Below are positions 41,725 to 51,544 of a stretch of 64,000 bases of DNA, piece by piece. Under the pieces are notes generated by a model. The model saw only the letters and a program-made list of their open reading frames with translations, did not search any database and had not been told where the DNA came from. Location: the NCBI GenBank assembly GCA_965248055.1, contig CBDFIJ010000004.1:3136001-3200000 (forward strand), read 5' to 3'. This DNA comes from Candidatus Multivoradales bacterium (GTDB taxonomy: Bacteria > Acidobacteriota > Thermoanaerobaculia > Multivoradales > JAHEKO01). The position numbers were made by a program, and so were the translations under genes. Numbering within the stretch: the first letter of the stretch is position 1; each line of letters starts with the position of its first letter.

Positions 41725-42436
41725 TGTCCTAGATCAGTACCTTTGAGACAGTTGGCGGGAGCACGACCCCTGGGTCGAGTTTTCTAAGGTACCTTGCCGG
41801 GGGTTTTCTTTTCAAGCTCTTGTGCGGCCTGTAGGTGTTGTAGAGGTCCTGGAATCTCTGGATGTAAGGTCTCAAAGCCGAGACAGTATCGGGTAGCTCA
41901 TACATTTCATAAAACTCTCCTCTCCAGGTTTCCTGCATTCGTTCGACGGTGCCGTTGAGCTTCGGACTCTTTGGCGGCAGCACATAGAGGGTGATGCCTC
42001 TATCTCGGCAGGCTTTCTCAAATTCATCCATAAATTCACTACCACCGTCCACTTGGATCGAGGTGATGTCAAACGGACACTCGGCAATGACTTTGTCTAA
42101 AAAGTGTGCTGCACAGCGAGAAGTGGCACGTTGATAGATCTCTCCCACTGTCCACCGGCTGACCGGACAGGAGGCTGAAAAGTGTTTGAGCCACTTGCCT
42201 GGAGCAGGGACCAGATGCAGCGTGTCGATCTGCAGTCGCTCGCCAGGGCGCGTTGGTCGGGGACACCATTTCGGCAGTCGCTGAGCGTGGAGCCGGCGCA
42301 TACGCCGGGAGTTTTTGTACTTCTGGCGCCGGTAGCGTACCCGGTGGATTACCCCTCGATCCATTAGTTTGCGCAAGATACGCCCGACAGTGGCTTCTGA
42401 TACCTCAAAGCCCTCGCCCTGGATCAGCGGCGCTAG
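41725..42436 (-). mobile_element. IS481-family element A, 3' half (integrase core and end IR)
   Basis: Reads from CTAG as LAPLIQGEGFEVSEATVGRILRK..QIDT..VDGGSEF..VERMQET..YNTYRPH; IR TGTCCTAGATCAGTACCTTTGAGACAG at 41725. Confidence 0.85.
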
Positions 42437-44063
42437 CCTGGATAATTCACGAGTTTAAATGACAAAGGGGGCGAAATCCGATTAAATCGTAGTTGTTCAA
42501 AGACTTACGACAAAACCGAGAGGACGCCCCCCGATGACAGAGTGTAACGCACAACTAACGCTAGGTTTTCATCCTAATCTGCCGGTGTGTGTGAGCTTCA
42601 ACGGTCCCGATATTTCTTCAGACGGCGGTGGACTTTTGCTGCGTCAGGTCGATGACCGTCTGGCTCTTACGTCTGGGTTTGCCGCCTGTCTAGCCGACAC
42701 CCGAGAGGCGTCTCGTGTGCTGCACGACCGTCACGAGCAGACCCGTCAGCGGTTGTATCAGATCGCCTTAGGCTATGAAGACTGTAACGACGCCGATACG
42801 CTCAGACACGATCCATTGCTTAAGACAGTGTGTGATCGGACACCCAATGATCCAGTAGGTCTGTCCTCCCAGCCGACGCTGTCACGGTTTGAGAATGCTC
42901 CAGATGGCTTGACGTTAAGACGCTTAACGCGTTGGCTGGAACAGAGCTGGATTGACGCCTTGCCAGAGTCGACAAGCGAGATCATCTTGGATATCGACGC
43001 TACCGATGATGAAACCCACGGCCAGCAGCAGCGTTCCTTCTTCCACGGCTTCTACGATCACCACATGTACCACCCGCTGATGGTCTACGACGGCGACAGT
43101 GGACAGCTCGTTAGTGCCTTCTTGCGTCCGGGTAACACTCACTCCAGCCGCGGTGCTTTGGGCTTGCTGCGACGATTGATCGGTCGCCTTAAACAGCGTT
43201 TTCCCGAAGTCGCTATCGTGGTGCGAGGAGATGCCGGTTTCGCCATGCCTAAGCTCATGAAAGCACTTGAAAAGCTTGATGTGGACTACCTGTTTGGCAT
43301 CGCCAAGAACGCTCGGCTCAAACGCCTTGCCGAACCGACGATGGATTGGGCCGAAGAGATGTTTGATCGCTCAGAGACTACCGTCAAGCGGTTCACCAGC
43401 TTCGAGTACGCCGCTCGAAGCTGGCCCTATACTCGACGCATCATCGCCAAGGCCGAACACTCGGCCTTTGGACCCAATCCGCGCTTCGTGGTCACTTCGC
43501 TCGAAGGCTTCGACGCCGAAACGCTCTATCGAGCCTACACCCAGCGCGGTTTGTGCGAACTCTGGATCAAGGACTTCAAATGCGCTCTGGCGGCTGATCG
43601 GCTTTCGTGCTCAAGCTTTGCCGCCAATAGCTTCCGTCTCTTGCTCCACGCGGCCGCCTACCGACTCCTTCACGCCCTTAGACAAGAAGCTGCCATGGTC
43701 TCTCCAGAACTCGGCCGAGCCCAATTCGATACCCTTAGGCTTCGATTGCTCAAAGTAGCAGCGATTGTGCGCCAAAGTGTACGGCGCTTGTCGATCCAGT
43801 TACCCAGAGCCTACCCCTGGAGCTACGCCTTCGCCTGGCTCGCTCAGCGCATCAACGCTCCGCCTCTTCTCGCCTGAAAAACCCCAGACAGAACAACTGC
43901 CTCCTTTTTCAACTCCACCGTCGAACTGTGTCCGAACCTCGCTCTACCAACACTCACAAACGCCTTCTCGCCATTAGCCTCTGACAACCAAACATTTTCA
44001 ACTGCTCAGCGTGACCAAAACTGACCTTCTCAATACAAATTCAAACCTCATGAATAATGCAGG
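42437..44063 (+). mobile_element. IS1380-family element, copy 2 (1627 bp, direct repeat of copy 1)
   Basis: Same IRs, flanked by CTAG; at least 5 substitutions versus copy 1. Confidence 0.92.
42534..43877 (+). CDS. IS1380-family transposase
   Basis: Same as copy 1 except FDTL vs FDIL. Confidence 0.93.
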   Translation: MTECNAQLTLGFHPNLPVCVSFNGPDISSDGGGLLLRQVDDRLALTSGFAACLADTREASRVLHDRHEQTRQRLYQIALGYEDCNDADTLRHDPLLKTVCDRTPNDPVGLSSQPTLSRFENAPDGLTLRRLTRWLEQSWIDALPESTSEIILDIDATDDETHGQQQRSFFHGFYDHHMYHPLMVYDGDSGQLVSAFLRPGNTHSSRGALGLLRRLIGRLKQRFPEVAIVVRGDAGFAMPKLMKALEKLDVDYLFGIAKNARLKRLAEPTMDWAEEMFDRSETTVKRFTSFEYAARSWPYTRRIIAKAEHSAFGPNPRFVVTSLEGFDAETLYRAYTQRGLCELWIKDFKCALAADRLSCSSFAANSFRLLLHAAAYRLLHALRQEAAMVSPELGRAQFDTLRLRLLKVAAIVRQSVRRLSIQLPRAYPWSYAFAWLAQRINAPPLLA

Positions 44064-44109
44064 CTAGTTCCAATTTTCTCCACGTGTCCGTTGGATCGGC
44101 TACGCGGAA

Positions 44110-44303
44110 AGCTGGAAAGCCCGCGCCCCCCCTGCCGCCCGCCGGGATGACGAGGAGGGGTGCTGTCGGGATGACCGAGAAGGGGTGCCATGCCAGGACT
44201 GCAGAGCTGTTGTTTGGCAAGGGCGGGCGAAGTGATTCATCAGAGACCGCCACTGCCCCCACGTCATCCTGAGCGTAGGCCGAAGGCCGGAGTCGAAGGA
44301 TCT
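44110..44303. repeat. REP-like GTCATCC...GGATC repeat cluster
   Basis: GGGATGAC at 44144 and 44168; GTCATCCTGAGCGTAGGCCGAAGGCCGGAGTCGAAGGATCT at 44263-44303. Confidence 0.65.
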
Positions 44304-44382
44304 CGATGTTCCGCTGAGGCGTCCATGTCGGCTCCCGAGTACCGGGTGACCCAGCCGACTCTCGGTCGACTCCAGAGAGCTA

Positions 44383-45072
44383 CTACTGATCCCAACTGAC
44401 TCGCACCGCCGAGCCGTCGCCGTCGTCGTCAGCACTAATCGACACCACTACGGTTCGCCCGTCGCTTTCGTGTTGTCCGTTGATGGTGATGCTTTCTGGG
44501 GACTCGGTGACGGTTAGAGAATAGCTCGCCGATTCCAAACGCTGGCGGTAGAAGTCGCCGAGGGTGGAAAAATTGGTCGCTGTCTCGGCAATGTAGAGCC
44601 CTGTGTCCGGACCTGACATCAAGACTTGAGGCTTAATACCCGAAGCTACAGGGACCCATTCCGGAAGTGATTGATCGGCGCCAGCACCGTAGACCGTTTC
44701 TTCACCGTCTTGATTGTTGCGCACCGTGACGCCGGTTTCAGGATTGACTTCTACCGTTCCTTCTTCGCTCTCAAAGGAAATTCGACCAGCGGCAATCTCA
44801 GACCAGTCGAGAGTGACCTGCTTGCCGCTCTTGGTGTCGCGAATGGTCATAGTGCCGTCATCATGGGTTTCCACCAACTCCAGGTGGGGGTTGGCCTTGA
44901 GCAGTAGCTCGACCGCGGTAGACGGGTTTTCTGAGATGTCTTCCAACACTTCTTTGGCTTTCTTGCCGACGAAATAGGTACAGGTTGTGAATCCGATTCC
45001 GGCCAATAAGAGGAATGCTAGGCAGCCAACCGCTAGCCATCCGAGTGCTCCGAACTTTTTCTTGGTCGCCAT
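44383..45072 (-). CDS. Hypothetical membrane-anchored protein
   Basis: N-terminal TM (WLAVGCLAFLLLAGIGFTTC), LPEWVP motif, backbone-like codon usage. Confidence 0.7.
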   Translation of the reverse strand: MATKKKFGALGWLAVGCLAFLLLAGIGFTTCTYFVGKKAKEVLEDISENPSTAVELLLKANPHLELVETHDDGTMTIRDTKSGKQVTLDWSEIAAGRISFESEEGTVEVNPETGVTVRNNQDGEETVYGAGADQSLPEWVPVASGIKPQVLMSGPDTGLYIAETATNFSTLGDFYRQRLESASYSLTVTESPESITINGQHESDGRTVVVSISADDDGDGSAVRVSWDQ

Positions 45073-45389
45073 GTTTTAACTCCTTGGTCGAATGAGATTG
45101 TCAGGATTTCGTTGGGCCGTAGTGTGTCGAGGCGCACTCGCTAAGCGCTTAATTCTATGGTACATTTCTGCAGCGTTAGAGCATAGCGTCTCGTTGTGAG
45201 ACCAAAGTGGGTGCAGGTCGGTGTTGGCGGTCATCGTTCTGCTGCGTGATTGTCGCAACAATTGCCAGAGTGAAACGGTGTCCAGTCGTTGCTTCGGGGC
45301 CCCAATTGGCAGCTAGCCAGCGTCGCTTGTTCTAACGCAACGGTGCCGATTATGTTGATCGAGACCGAAACTAGGAGAGATGCTTATCT

Positions 45390-45668
45390 ATGACGACGAC
45401 TGAACGAAGAAAACGCGAACCCAGTGTCACCGAGCAGAAATTTACTGCCGAAATTGTGGGTCGAGCGCTGGACAGCCTAAATTCCGAGAACGGCCGTCAG
45501 AGTCACCGAACCCTGGCGAAAGTAACCCGGATGTCGGCGCAGTCCATCGGCCTGATTGTCAGTGGCAAGCAGTATCCGAAGCTGTCGCAGTTGCTCAGCT
45601 TTCTTGATGCTGTAGATGCGGAACTGGAGGACTTTGTCGCGACGTTACGGAGACTAACTGCCAGCTAG
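45390..45668 (+). CDS. XRE/Cro-like HTH protein
   Basis: SHRTLAKVTRMSAQSIGLIVSGKQYPKLSQL; AGGAG upstream. Confidence 0.6.
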   Translation: MTTTERRKREPSVTEQKFTAEIVGRALDSLNSENGRQSHRTLAKVTRMSAQSIGLIVSGKQYPKLSQLLSFLDAVDAELEDFVATLRRLTAS

Positions 45669-45747
45669 TCCAAACCGGTACTAGGTACCGAGGGCTCGCG
45701 GACTAGAGGTTTGTGGCGGCCTGGGATCTAAACAAAGCCGAAGGAGG

Positions 45748-45990
45748 GTGATGATGGAAACGAGTTTGAGATCGATTACTAACACGGTACCTTGGCTCGC
45801 GAAGTTTGTAGATCCGACGCTGCAACCTGGCGATCCTGGTTACGGTAAACCGGTTATGCCGACCTGGCCTAAGCCAGACAAACCAAAGCCAGCCAAACCA
45901 AAGCCGCCGCTTACGCCGGTCGATCCAAGTCCTTCGCCGGGGCCGAAGCCCGGTGAAGGTAGTGTGCCGCCGAGTGAGGTGATCCCTTGA
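45748..45990 (+). CDS. Small proline-rich protein
   Basis: GGAGG RBS; 80 aa with a PKP/PSP-rich C-terminal half. Confidence 0.5.
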   Translation: MMMETSLRSITNTVPWLAKFVDPTLQPGDPGYGKPVMPTWPKPDKPKPAKPKPPLTPVDPSPSPGPKPGEGSVPPSEVIP

Positions 45991-46171
45991 CGAGTGGGTC
46001 AGCTTAGTCAAGCTTGGATGTAATTTCGCCCGATTCGCGGAGGGAATGAAACAAAACGATTTGGACGGTTGATCTCCCAGGGGTACCGAGCGGAATCGGC
46101 GCGCCGCGGTTCCTGGTGCGGATAGACTCCGGCGACCTGAGAAGAACTCAGGGTAAAAGGAGAATCACACC

Positions 46172-46498
46172 ATGGCGAATACCCGCCGGAATTTTGACAG
46201 CTATCGAGTCCAGTACACCGCGGCCAACGGGGATAAACCCTTGGCGCGCATTGTTTGCTATGGCGGTGACGAGGTTGCTGGGATGATTACCTTTCATCAG
46301 GATGAGGCCATCGTGCCAGCGGCCCAGGTGTTCCAAGAGGACAAAGTCCACATTGGCTACGCCATTCATCGCTATTGCGAAGTGATGGATCTATTGCGTA
46401 ATGAGGCGCCCCTAGAGCTTTATCTCGACCCGGAAGCCGGTTGGGGAGCGATCTTGACTTGTGAGATGGAGCCGGTTGGAGAAGACGACGAGCAATAG
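46172..46498 (+). CDS. Hypothetical protein
   Basis: AAGGAG RBS; globular composition; DLLRNExP motif. Confidence 0.65.
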   Translation: MANTRRNFDSYRVQYTAANGDKPLARIVCYGGDEVAGMITFHQDEAIVPAAQVFQEDKVHIGYAIHRYCEVMDLLRNEAPLELYLDPEAGWGAILTCEMEPVGEDDEQ

Positions 46499-46620
46499 CA
46501 GGGCTGGCGCTAGTAGGCGCCATCGATTGCCGGGGTCTTGTCTTGGTCAGAGTCTTGATTCGTTGGACCCCTGATCAGTTCTTTGCGGTCCAAGAACAAC
46601 CGCGTTGACGGGTAGGCCGA

Positions 46621-48222
46621 TTAGCCTGATTTGCGCGCTCGCTCGAACGCTGCCGCTAGCGCTCCCAGCTTCTGCTCGGGATGCTTGCGGCGATATTCCT
46701 TGAGGTCTGCGGTCGAACCGTCGACTTGGGCGCCCTCGGGGAGCAACGAGATCCGCTTTCGCCTGCGATCAATCGATACGATCTGTACCCGAATCGCTTT
46801 GCCACGGGGATAGACCCGCTGCGGAGAGGCGTCGCTAGGCAGTGTCAGTGAGGAGCTGGGGATGAGGCCGGACAGGCCGGGCGCGATCTCCACCAAGACT
46901 CCAAATTTCTCGGCTCTCTCCACCTTACCGTCAACCGCGTCGCCTTCGTTGAACTGGTCTATTTCCTTCCAAGGGTCGGGTTCCAGAGCCTTGCGCGACA
47001 GGGAGATTCTCTTGCCACCCTTTTCGACCTTGAGGATCTTGACCTCCACCTCTTGGTCCTCCGTCAGGACCTCGGAAGGATGCTCCACGCGCGACCGAGC
47101 AATCTCGGACACGTGCAAGAGGCCTTGAACGCCGCCCAGATCAACAAAGGCACCAAAGTCGGTGATCGAGGCTACGGTGCCCGAGACCACGGCGCCTTCC
47201 TTGATCGTCGCCATCGCTTGTTTCCGCTGAACCGATCGCTTGGCCCTGATCGCCGCAGCGCGAGACACCACGATTCGTTTGCCGCCATTGCGGATTTCCA
47301 GCACTAGGAAATCGAGTTCCTGATCGACATAGCTGGCGGGATCTTCGGGTTCCGCTAGAGAGATTGCGGAGCGCGGACAAAATGCTGGAGTTTGGTCGAT
47401 CGCGACGTGGAACCCACCTTGATTCCATCCGATGACTTTACCGTTGACCAGCTGTCGGGCCTTGCGAGCCTCGTCGAGAGCTGCGATTTCGGGGCTGAGC
47501 GGGACCGGTGCCGGCTTTGGCTTTTGTTTCTTGGCCGCAGCCGCTGGAGCTGCCTTAGCGGGCTTTTCCGCGGCTTGATTAGCCTGTGCGTCGGGAGCAT
47601 CCTCGGAACTAGCACTCTCTGCGACAGCGATATCAACGGCAGTGGTATCAACCGCAGTGGCATCAGGAGCAGGTTTGTCAGGTGCTTCCTCTGCGGCAGC
47701 AACACTGACTGCACTGTCTGCGCTGTCTGTGCTGGCCGCGGTCGGCTCGGCTGGCTCAGGCTGTTTTGCGGGCTGATCCTCAGGCTGATCTTCCGACTGG
47801 GGCACCTCAACCGGTTCCTCAACTGGCCTCTCGATTGTCCCCTCGGCTGGAGAATCCGGGCTCTCGGTGGCAACCGCCTCGATTGTCACTTCCTCGATTG
47901 TCACTTCCTCGATTGTCGCAGCGTCGATGGTCGAAGTTTCTTGGACGGAATCGTCCGCGCTCGCTGCAACCGTCTCGGGTGCCTTGCTACCAGGGTTCGC
48001 CCCTTCAGAGTCGGCAACATCAACGTCAGTGACCTTAGAGTTAGTGACCTCAGAGTCAGTGGCGTTGGCTTGCGCTTCGTTGCTGTCGTCGCTGCTCGGC
48101 TCGGCGACCTCTGTGGGTTCCTGCGCTACGACCTCGGCCTTCGCTGGATCTACCGCTGCTTCTTCGGTTGGCTGTGCTTCTGTTTCGCTGGGCGGAGTGC
48201 CTTGTTCGGGTGTGTCGCTCAT
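46621..48222 (-). CDS. S1 RNA-binding domain protein (RpsA-like, 3 S1 domains) with long acidic N-terminal region
   Basis: GKVIGWNQGGFHV, ITDFGAFVDLGGVQGLLHVSEI, KFGVLVEI..GLI, RISLS; GAGGA RBS. Confidence 0.85.
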   Translation of the reverse strand: MSDTPEQGTPPSETEAQPTEEAAVDPAKAEVVAQEPTEVAEPSSDDSNEAQANATDSEVTNSKVTDVDVADSEGANPGSKAPETVAASADDSVQETSTIDAATIEEVTIEEVTIEAVATESPDSPAEGTIERPVEEPVEVPQSEDQPEDQPAKQPEPAEPTAASTDSADSAVSVAAAEEAPDKPAPDATAVDTTAVDIAVAESASSEDAPDAQANQAAEKPAKAAPAAAAKKQKPKPAPVPLSPEIAALDEARKARQLVNGKVIGWNQGGFHVAIDQTPAFCPRSAISLAEPEDPASYVDQELDFLVLEIRNGGKRIVVSRAAAIRAKRSVQRKQAMATIKEGAVVSGTVASITDFGAFVDLGGVQGLLHVSEIARSRVEHPSEVLTEDQEVEVKILKVEKGGKRISLSRKALEPDPWKEIDQFNEGDAVDGKVERAEKFGVLVEIAPGLSGLIPSSSLTLPSDASPQRVYPRGKAIRVQIVSIDRRRKRISLLPEGAQVDGSTADLKEYRRKHPEQKLGALAAAFERARKSG

Positions 48223-48283
48223 GAGTTCCTCTGACGGGGTTAGATCCTACTGCTGTTGGGAATCGTTGATTGGATTCGGGAGC

Positions 48284-48913
48284 TTAGCCGGACGCAAGAG
48301 AGCCATCCAGCCCGAGTTCTTGGGAAATTTCCTGCATCGCGTTCAGGACCTCGGCAACGTGGTCCCACAAGTCTAGAGTGTCGTGGAAGCAAACGCGGCT
48401 GAACTGTTCGGTAGCCAACGCCACTTCTGCTCGGTCGACGCCGCGGGCGAAGGCCTTTTCCCTCCAGCGCTTCTTCAGCGACTTCAGCTTTACCTCGCCG
48501 ACGTTCTTGCTGGGGCGGACCAGAGCCGAGGCCGAGATCAAGCCGGTGATCTCGTCGCAGGCCAGGAGGGCGAAGTCGATCGGTTGTGTGGGGGCAACGC
48601 CGGTGCCCTCTTCGTTGTGCGCCAAGATCGCCTGAACTACCGGTTCCGGACAACCGCGTGCGCGCAGCAGCTCGGCTCCATTTTTGGGGTGTTCTTCGAG
48701 AGATGGGTGGATCTCCCAATCGTAGTCGTGCAGCAAACCGGCTAATCCCCACATCGAAGCATCTTCACCCAGACGATCTGCGTAGCGCCGCATCGCTGCT
48801 TCAACCGCCAGCATGTGGCGCTGCAAGCCCAAATTCTGGACGTGCTCGCAAACCGTGGACCAAGCCTGTTCTCGTTGCATCGGTTCGTTATCCAAGTTTG
48901 GCAAAGGTGACAT
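48284..48913 (-). CDS. HDIG/HD-domain phosphohydrolase
   Basis: RHMLAVEAAMR, GLLHDYD, AILAH, CDEITGL, FARGVDR. Confidence 0.85.
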   Translation of the reverse strand: MSPLPNLDNEPMQREQAWSTVCEHVQNLGLQRHMLAVEAAMRRYADRLGEDASMWGLAGLLHDYDWEIHPSLEEHPKNGAELLRARGCPEPVVQAILAHNEEGTGVAPTQPIDFALLACDEITGLISASALVRPSKNVGEVKLKSLKKRWREKAFARGVDRAEVALATEQFSRVCFHDTLDLWDHVAEVLNAMQEISQELGLDGSLASG

Positions 48914-49217
48914 GCACCTCGGCCACTTGCTTGTCGTTTTGAACGATGGAGGATCGGGCGAAGGCCATGGTGCGACCGTTCTTAGTCACCGTCGGGATCG
49001 CTTCGATTCGACCCAGTTGAGCCCGTCGCATCAATTGCACCTGGACATCGACCGGAACCACCGGTGCTGCAACCGCCGAAGCAGCGGCGACTTCGCCCAA
49101 GGTGGTCAGGACTGCGAAGTGAATCGTTCCCGGAGCGACTTCATGCTCCGGGCCTGCATCTAGCAACACCCCGCCACCAGGTCGAGGCTGCATCCCTAAT
49201 CGATCGTTAAAAGACAT
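48888..49217 (-). CDS. PaaI/hotdog-fold thioesterase family protein
   Basis: PGTIHFAVLTTLGE, VQLMRRA, KNGRTMAF; start ATG 49217 chosen. Confidence 0.7.
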   Translation of the reverse strand: MSFNDRLGMQPRPGGGVLLDAGPEHEVAPGTIHFAVLTTLGEVAAASAVAAPVVPVDVQVQLMRRAQLGRIEAIPTVTKNGRTMAFARSSIVQNDKQVAEVHVTFAKLG

Positions 49218-49350
49218 CGCGAAAGTTGAAAGTGGTGTGGGTGGCTCGCCACGAAGTTGACCGTCTCGGTCGGGGGGCAAATCACCGAGGGGCGATAGTA
49301 TCAATCCTGGCGGCTAAAGCGATGCGCCAGCCGCGAATTGGGGAGAATCC

Positions 49351-50073
49351 ATGCAACTACTTTTGGTCAGCAACTCGCTGTGCTTTGGTCGTGGTTATTT
49401 AGATCACACAGAATCGGTGGTGAAACGACATTTTGCTGCTGCTGGCGGAGGAACCATTGCTTTCGTGCCGTTCGCCGTCCACGATCAACAGGGATACGGG
49501 GAACGAGTTACAGCGCGACTCGCGGAATTGGATCTGCACGCAACAACGGTCACCGCAGATCAGGTCGGACTCGATCTGCTCAGCAGTGCCTCAGGAATCT
49601 TTGTTGGTGGTGGCAACACCTTTCGTTTACTCGATCAACTGCGTTGTCACCGAATGCTCGAGGTGATCCGCGCTCGGGTGGAGTCTGGCGTTCCCTACAT
49701 GGGTTCAAGCGCTGGGTCGGGCATTGCCGCTCCCACCATCAAGACCTCCAATGACATGCCGATCGTTCAACCGGACAGTTTTGATTCTCTGGGACTGGTC
49801 GACTACCAACTCAATTTGCACTACATCGATACCGATCCCGGCTCGCAGCACATGGGCGAGACCCGCCAGCAACGGCTAGAGGAATATCTAGAAGAAAATT
49901 CAACACCGGTGGTGGCGCTGCGCGAGGGCGCCTGGATCGAAGTGCGCGGCGAAGAACACCGGGTCGGCGGTGAGACCGGTGGCTTGGTGTTTCAGCGGGG
50001 AAGTGAGCCCCTGCCGCTCACCGCTGGCGATCGGTTGGAGTGGCAAGGCGAGTCAAAACTAACGGTTCGCTAG
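49351..50073 (+). CDS. pepE: Dipeptidase E (S51)
   Basis: LLLVSNS, FVPFA, VGGGNTF, GSSAG, TIKTSNDMP, HMGETR. Confidence 0.92.
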   Translation: MQLLLVSNSLCFGRGYLDHTESVVKRHFAAAGGGTIAFVPFAVHDQQGYGERVTARLAELDLHATTVTADQVGLDLLSSASGIFVGGGNTFRLLDQLRCHRMLEVIRARVESGVPYMGSSAGSGIAAPTIKTSNDMPIVQPDSFDSLGLVDYQLNLHYIDTDPGSQHMGETRQQRLEEYLEENSTPVVALREGAWIEVRGEEHRVGGETGGLVFQRGSEPLPLTAGDRLEWQGESKLTVR

Positions 50074-50224
50074 GCTGAAGCGATTTAGGTGCAGCGACTC
50101 ATCTCATCTGGCACTTGTTGCACCTCTTGCCCATGGCACTTGTTGGGCAGCTTGGATACTGATCACACCCATTCCGCAACAATTCGAGTTCTTGATCCTT
50201 CCTCGTGAGATACTTCGTTCTTTG

Positions 50225-50914
50225 ATGAACCTTGCGCCCCTTCTTCTCTTGCTGGTGGCGGGTGTCCCGAGTCAACCAGCCAACAGTCCCTGTAGTCGGG
50301 ATTGCGAAACTCATGTCCACATCATTGTGGGAAGCGAGCAAGAAGGTCCGATCCCAGACTCTCCTTTCTTTCTCGGTGGCGGGCTTGCTCTGCTACTTGC
50401 GCTCGTCGGCTGGTCGGATCAGATCCGTGGTCTTAGTCGCACCGCCCGAGAACGGGAGGTGCAGTTGCTGAGAACCTACGGAATCGAGTGGGCCAAGATC
50501 CAAACTGTCATTCGGCCCCAAGATGAGGACAACCCTTTGGATCGATTGGTTGATCTACTTCGGCTCCTCCCAACTGGAATCGGCGATGAAGTAGGGGCTC
50601 GACTGATCCACAACTTTCAGACCCTTCACCAGATCAGCATGCGACTCTCAAGTCTGTCTACAATTCGCTACTGGCTATTGTTCAGTTTAAGTGTCCAAAT
50701 GCTAGTAGCGGGGGTTCATCTAGGCTCAAGTTGGCTTCCACTTACAGGGCACTACTTCCACTACGCTGCCGGCTCCCTGATCGTCGTAGTCATACTTATC
50801 CTCACTTTGCTCGTAGGACGAGGAGAGTCACGCTTTGAAGTTACCATTGGCCATATCGAGGATGATCTCCGTCTAGCTAGCGACGAAAAAACTCGAGAGG
50901 ATCATGGGCGGTAG
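50225..50914 (+). CDS. Hypothetical multi-pass membrane protein (first gene of QueC-like island)
   Basis: About 3 hydrophobic helices plus an N-terminal hydrophobic stretch; overlaps next gene by 11 nt; start uncertain (50192 or 50225). Confidence 0.65.
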   Translation: MNLAPLLLLLVAGVPSQPANSPCSRDCETHVHIIVGSEQEGPIPDSPFFLGGGLALLLALVGWSDQIRGLSRTAREREVQLLRTYGIEWAKIQTVIRPQDEDNPLDRLVDLLRLLPTGIGDEVGARLIHNFQTLHQISMRLSSLSTIRYWLLFSLSVQMLVAGVHLGSSWLPLTGHYFHYAAGSLIVVVILILTLLVGRGESRFEVTIGHIEDDLRLASDEKTREDHGR

Positions 50915-51275
50915 GCGAGGGGGCAGCCTAACCAACTTAGTAGGTGCTGGGGGCCCAGTAACTAGCGCCAAAGGTGCGCTGACTCGTGCCATTACCAAGG
51001 GCGAACCCAATGCTATCGCTAGCGCCTCCGCTAAGCTCCTAGCCTCCAGTGAACTAGGCCTCGAAGGTCTTCTCTATGGGCTTCGAATTACCCCCTATCT
51101 AGAAGGCAATGCTGAGCGCTTAGGTGGACTTTCGAGGACTGACCGCGAAGAGGACATTAGGGCCGCTTGGGCTGACATCAAGAAACGCACCGAACTACAG
51201 ACAACACAAGAAGTAGACAACGTTGTCGTCAGTGCTGCAATCAACACTCTGGGCAAACCGAGGGGTCCGGACTAG
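50904..51275 (+). CDS. Hypothetical protein, QatB-like N-terminal part (starts MGGRRGGS)
   Basis: GAGGA RBS; Gly-rich flexible N-terminus then helical region; position upstream of a QatC-like gene. Confidence 0.55.
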   Translation: MGGRRGGSLTNLVGAGGPVTSAKGALTRAITKGEPNAIASASAKLLASSELGLEGLLYGLRITPYLEGNAERLGGLSRTDREEDIRAAWADIKKRTELQTTQEVDNVVVSAAINTLGKPRGPD

Positions 51276-51544
51276 TGCCCCCCATAACGATGCAAGGGCT
51301 CGTTTCCGGAATGGTGTTTCAGTTCTTGGACTCTCTCCGCAAGTCACGAGACCTTGAGGAGCGCCACGCGCTCTTGTCCCGGACAGCGAAGGGCGCAACC
51401 ACACGTGAACTGCATCGTCTTTCAGCTTCCACTGCGAAATACATTCTCAACTCTGGACTTGACCTTGAATCCATCGGCACGGAGCAAATCGAGAAGGCTA
51501 TTGAACTAGCTCTTTCAAATAATGTTGATAACTCAAAAACTTAA
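51275..51544 (+). CDS. Hypothetical helical protein (separate gene or frameshifted C-terminus of the previous ORF)
   Basis: TAGTG overlap with previous ORF; its frame is open upstream; overlaps the QueC-like start. Confidence 0.5.
   Translation: MPPITMQGLVSGMVFQFLDSLRKSRDLEERHALLSRTAKGATTRELHRLSASTAKYILNSGLDLESIGTEQIEKAIELALSNNVDNSKT

Noticed and set aside
34733-44063. Prophage or integrative conjugative element
   Set aside because: No integrase, relaxase, replication or structural genes; IS ends and CTAG duplications fully explain the boundaries
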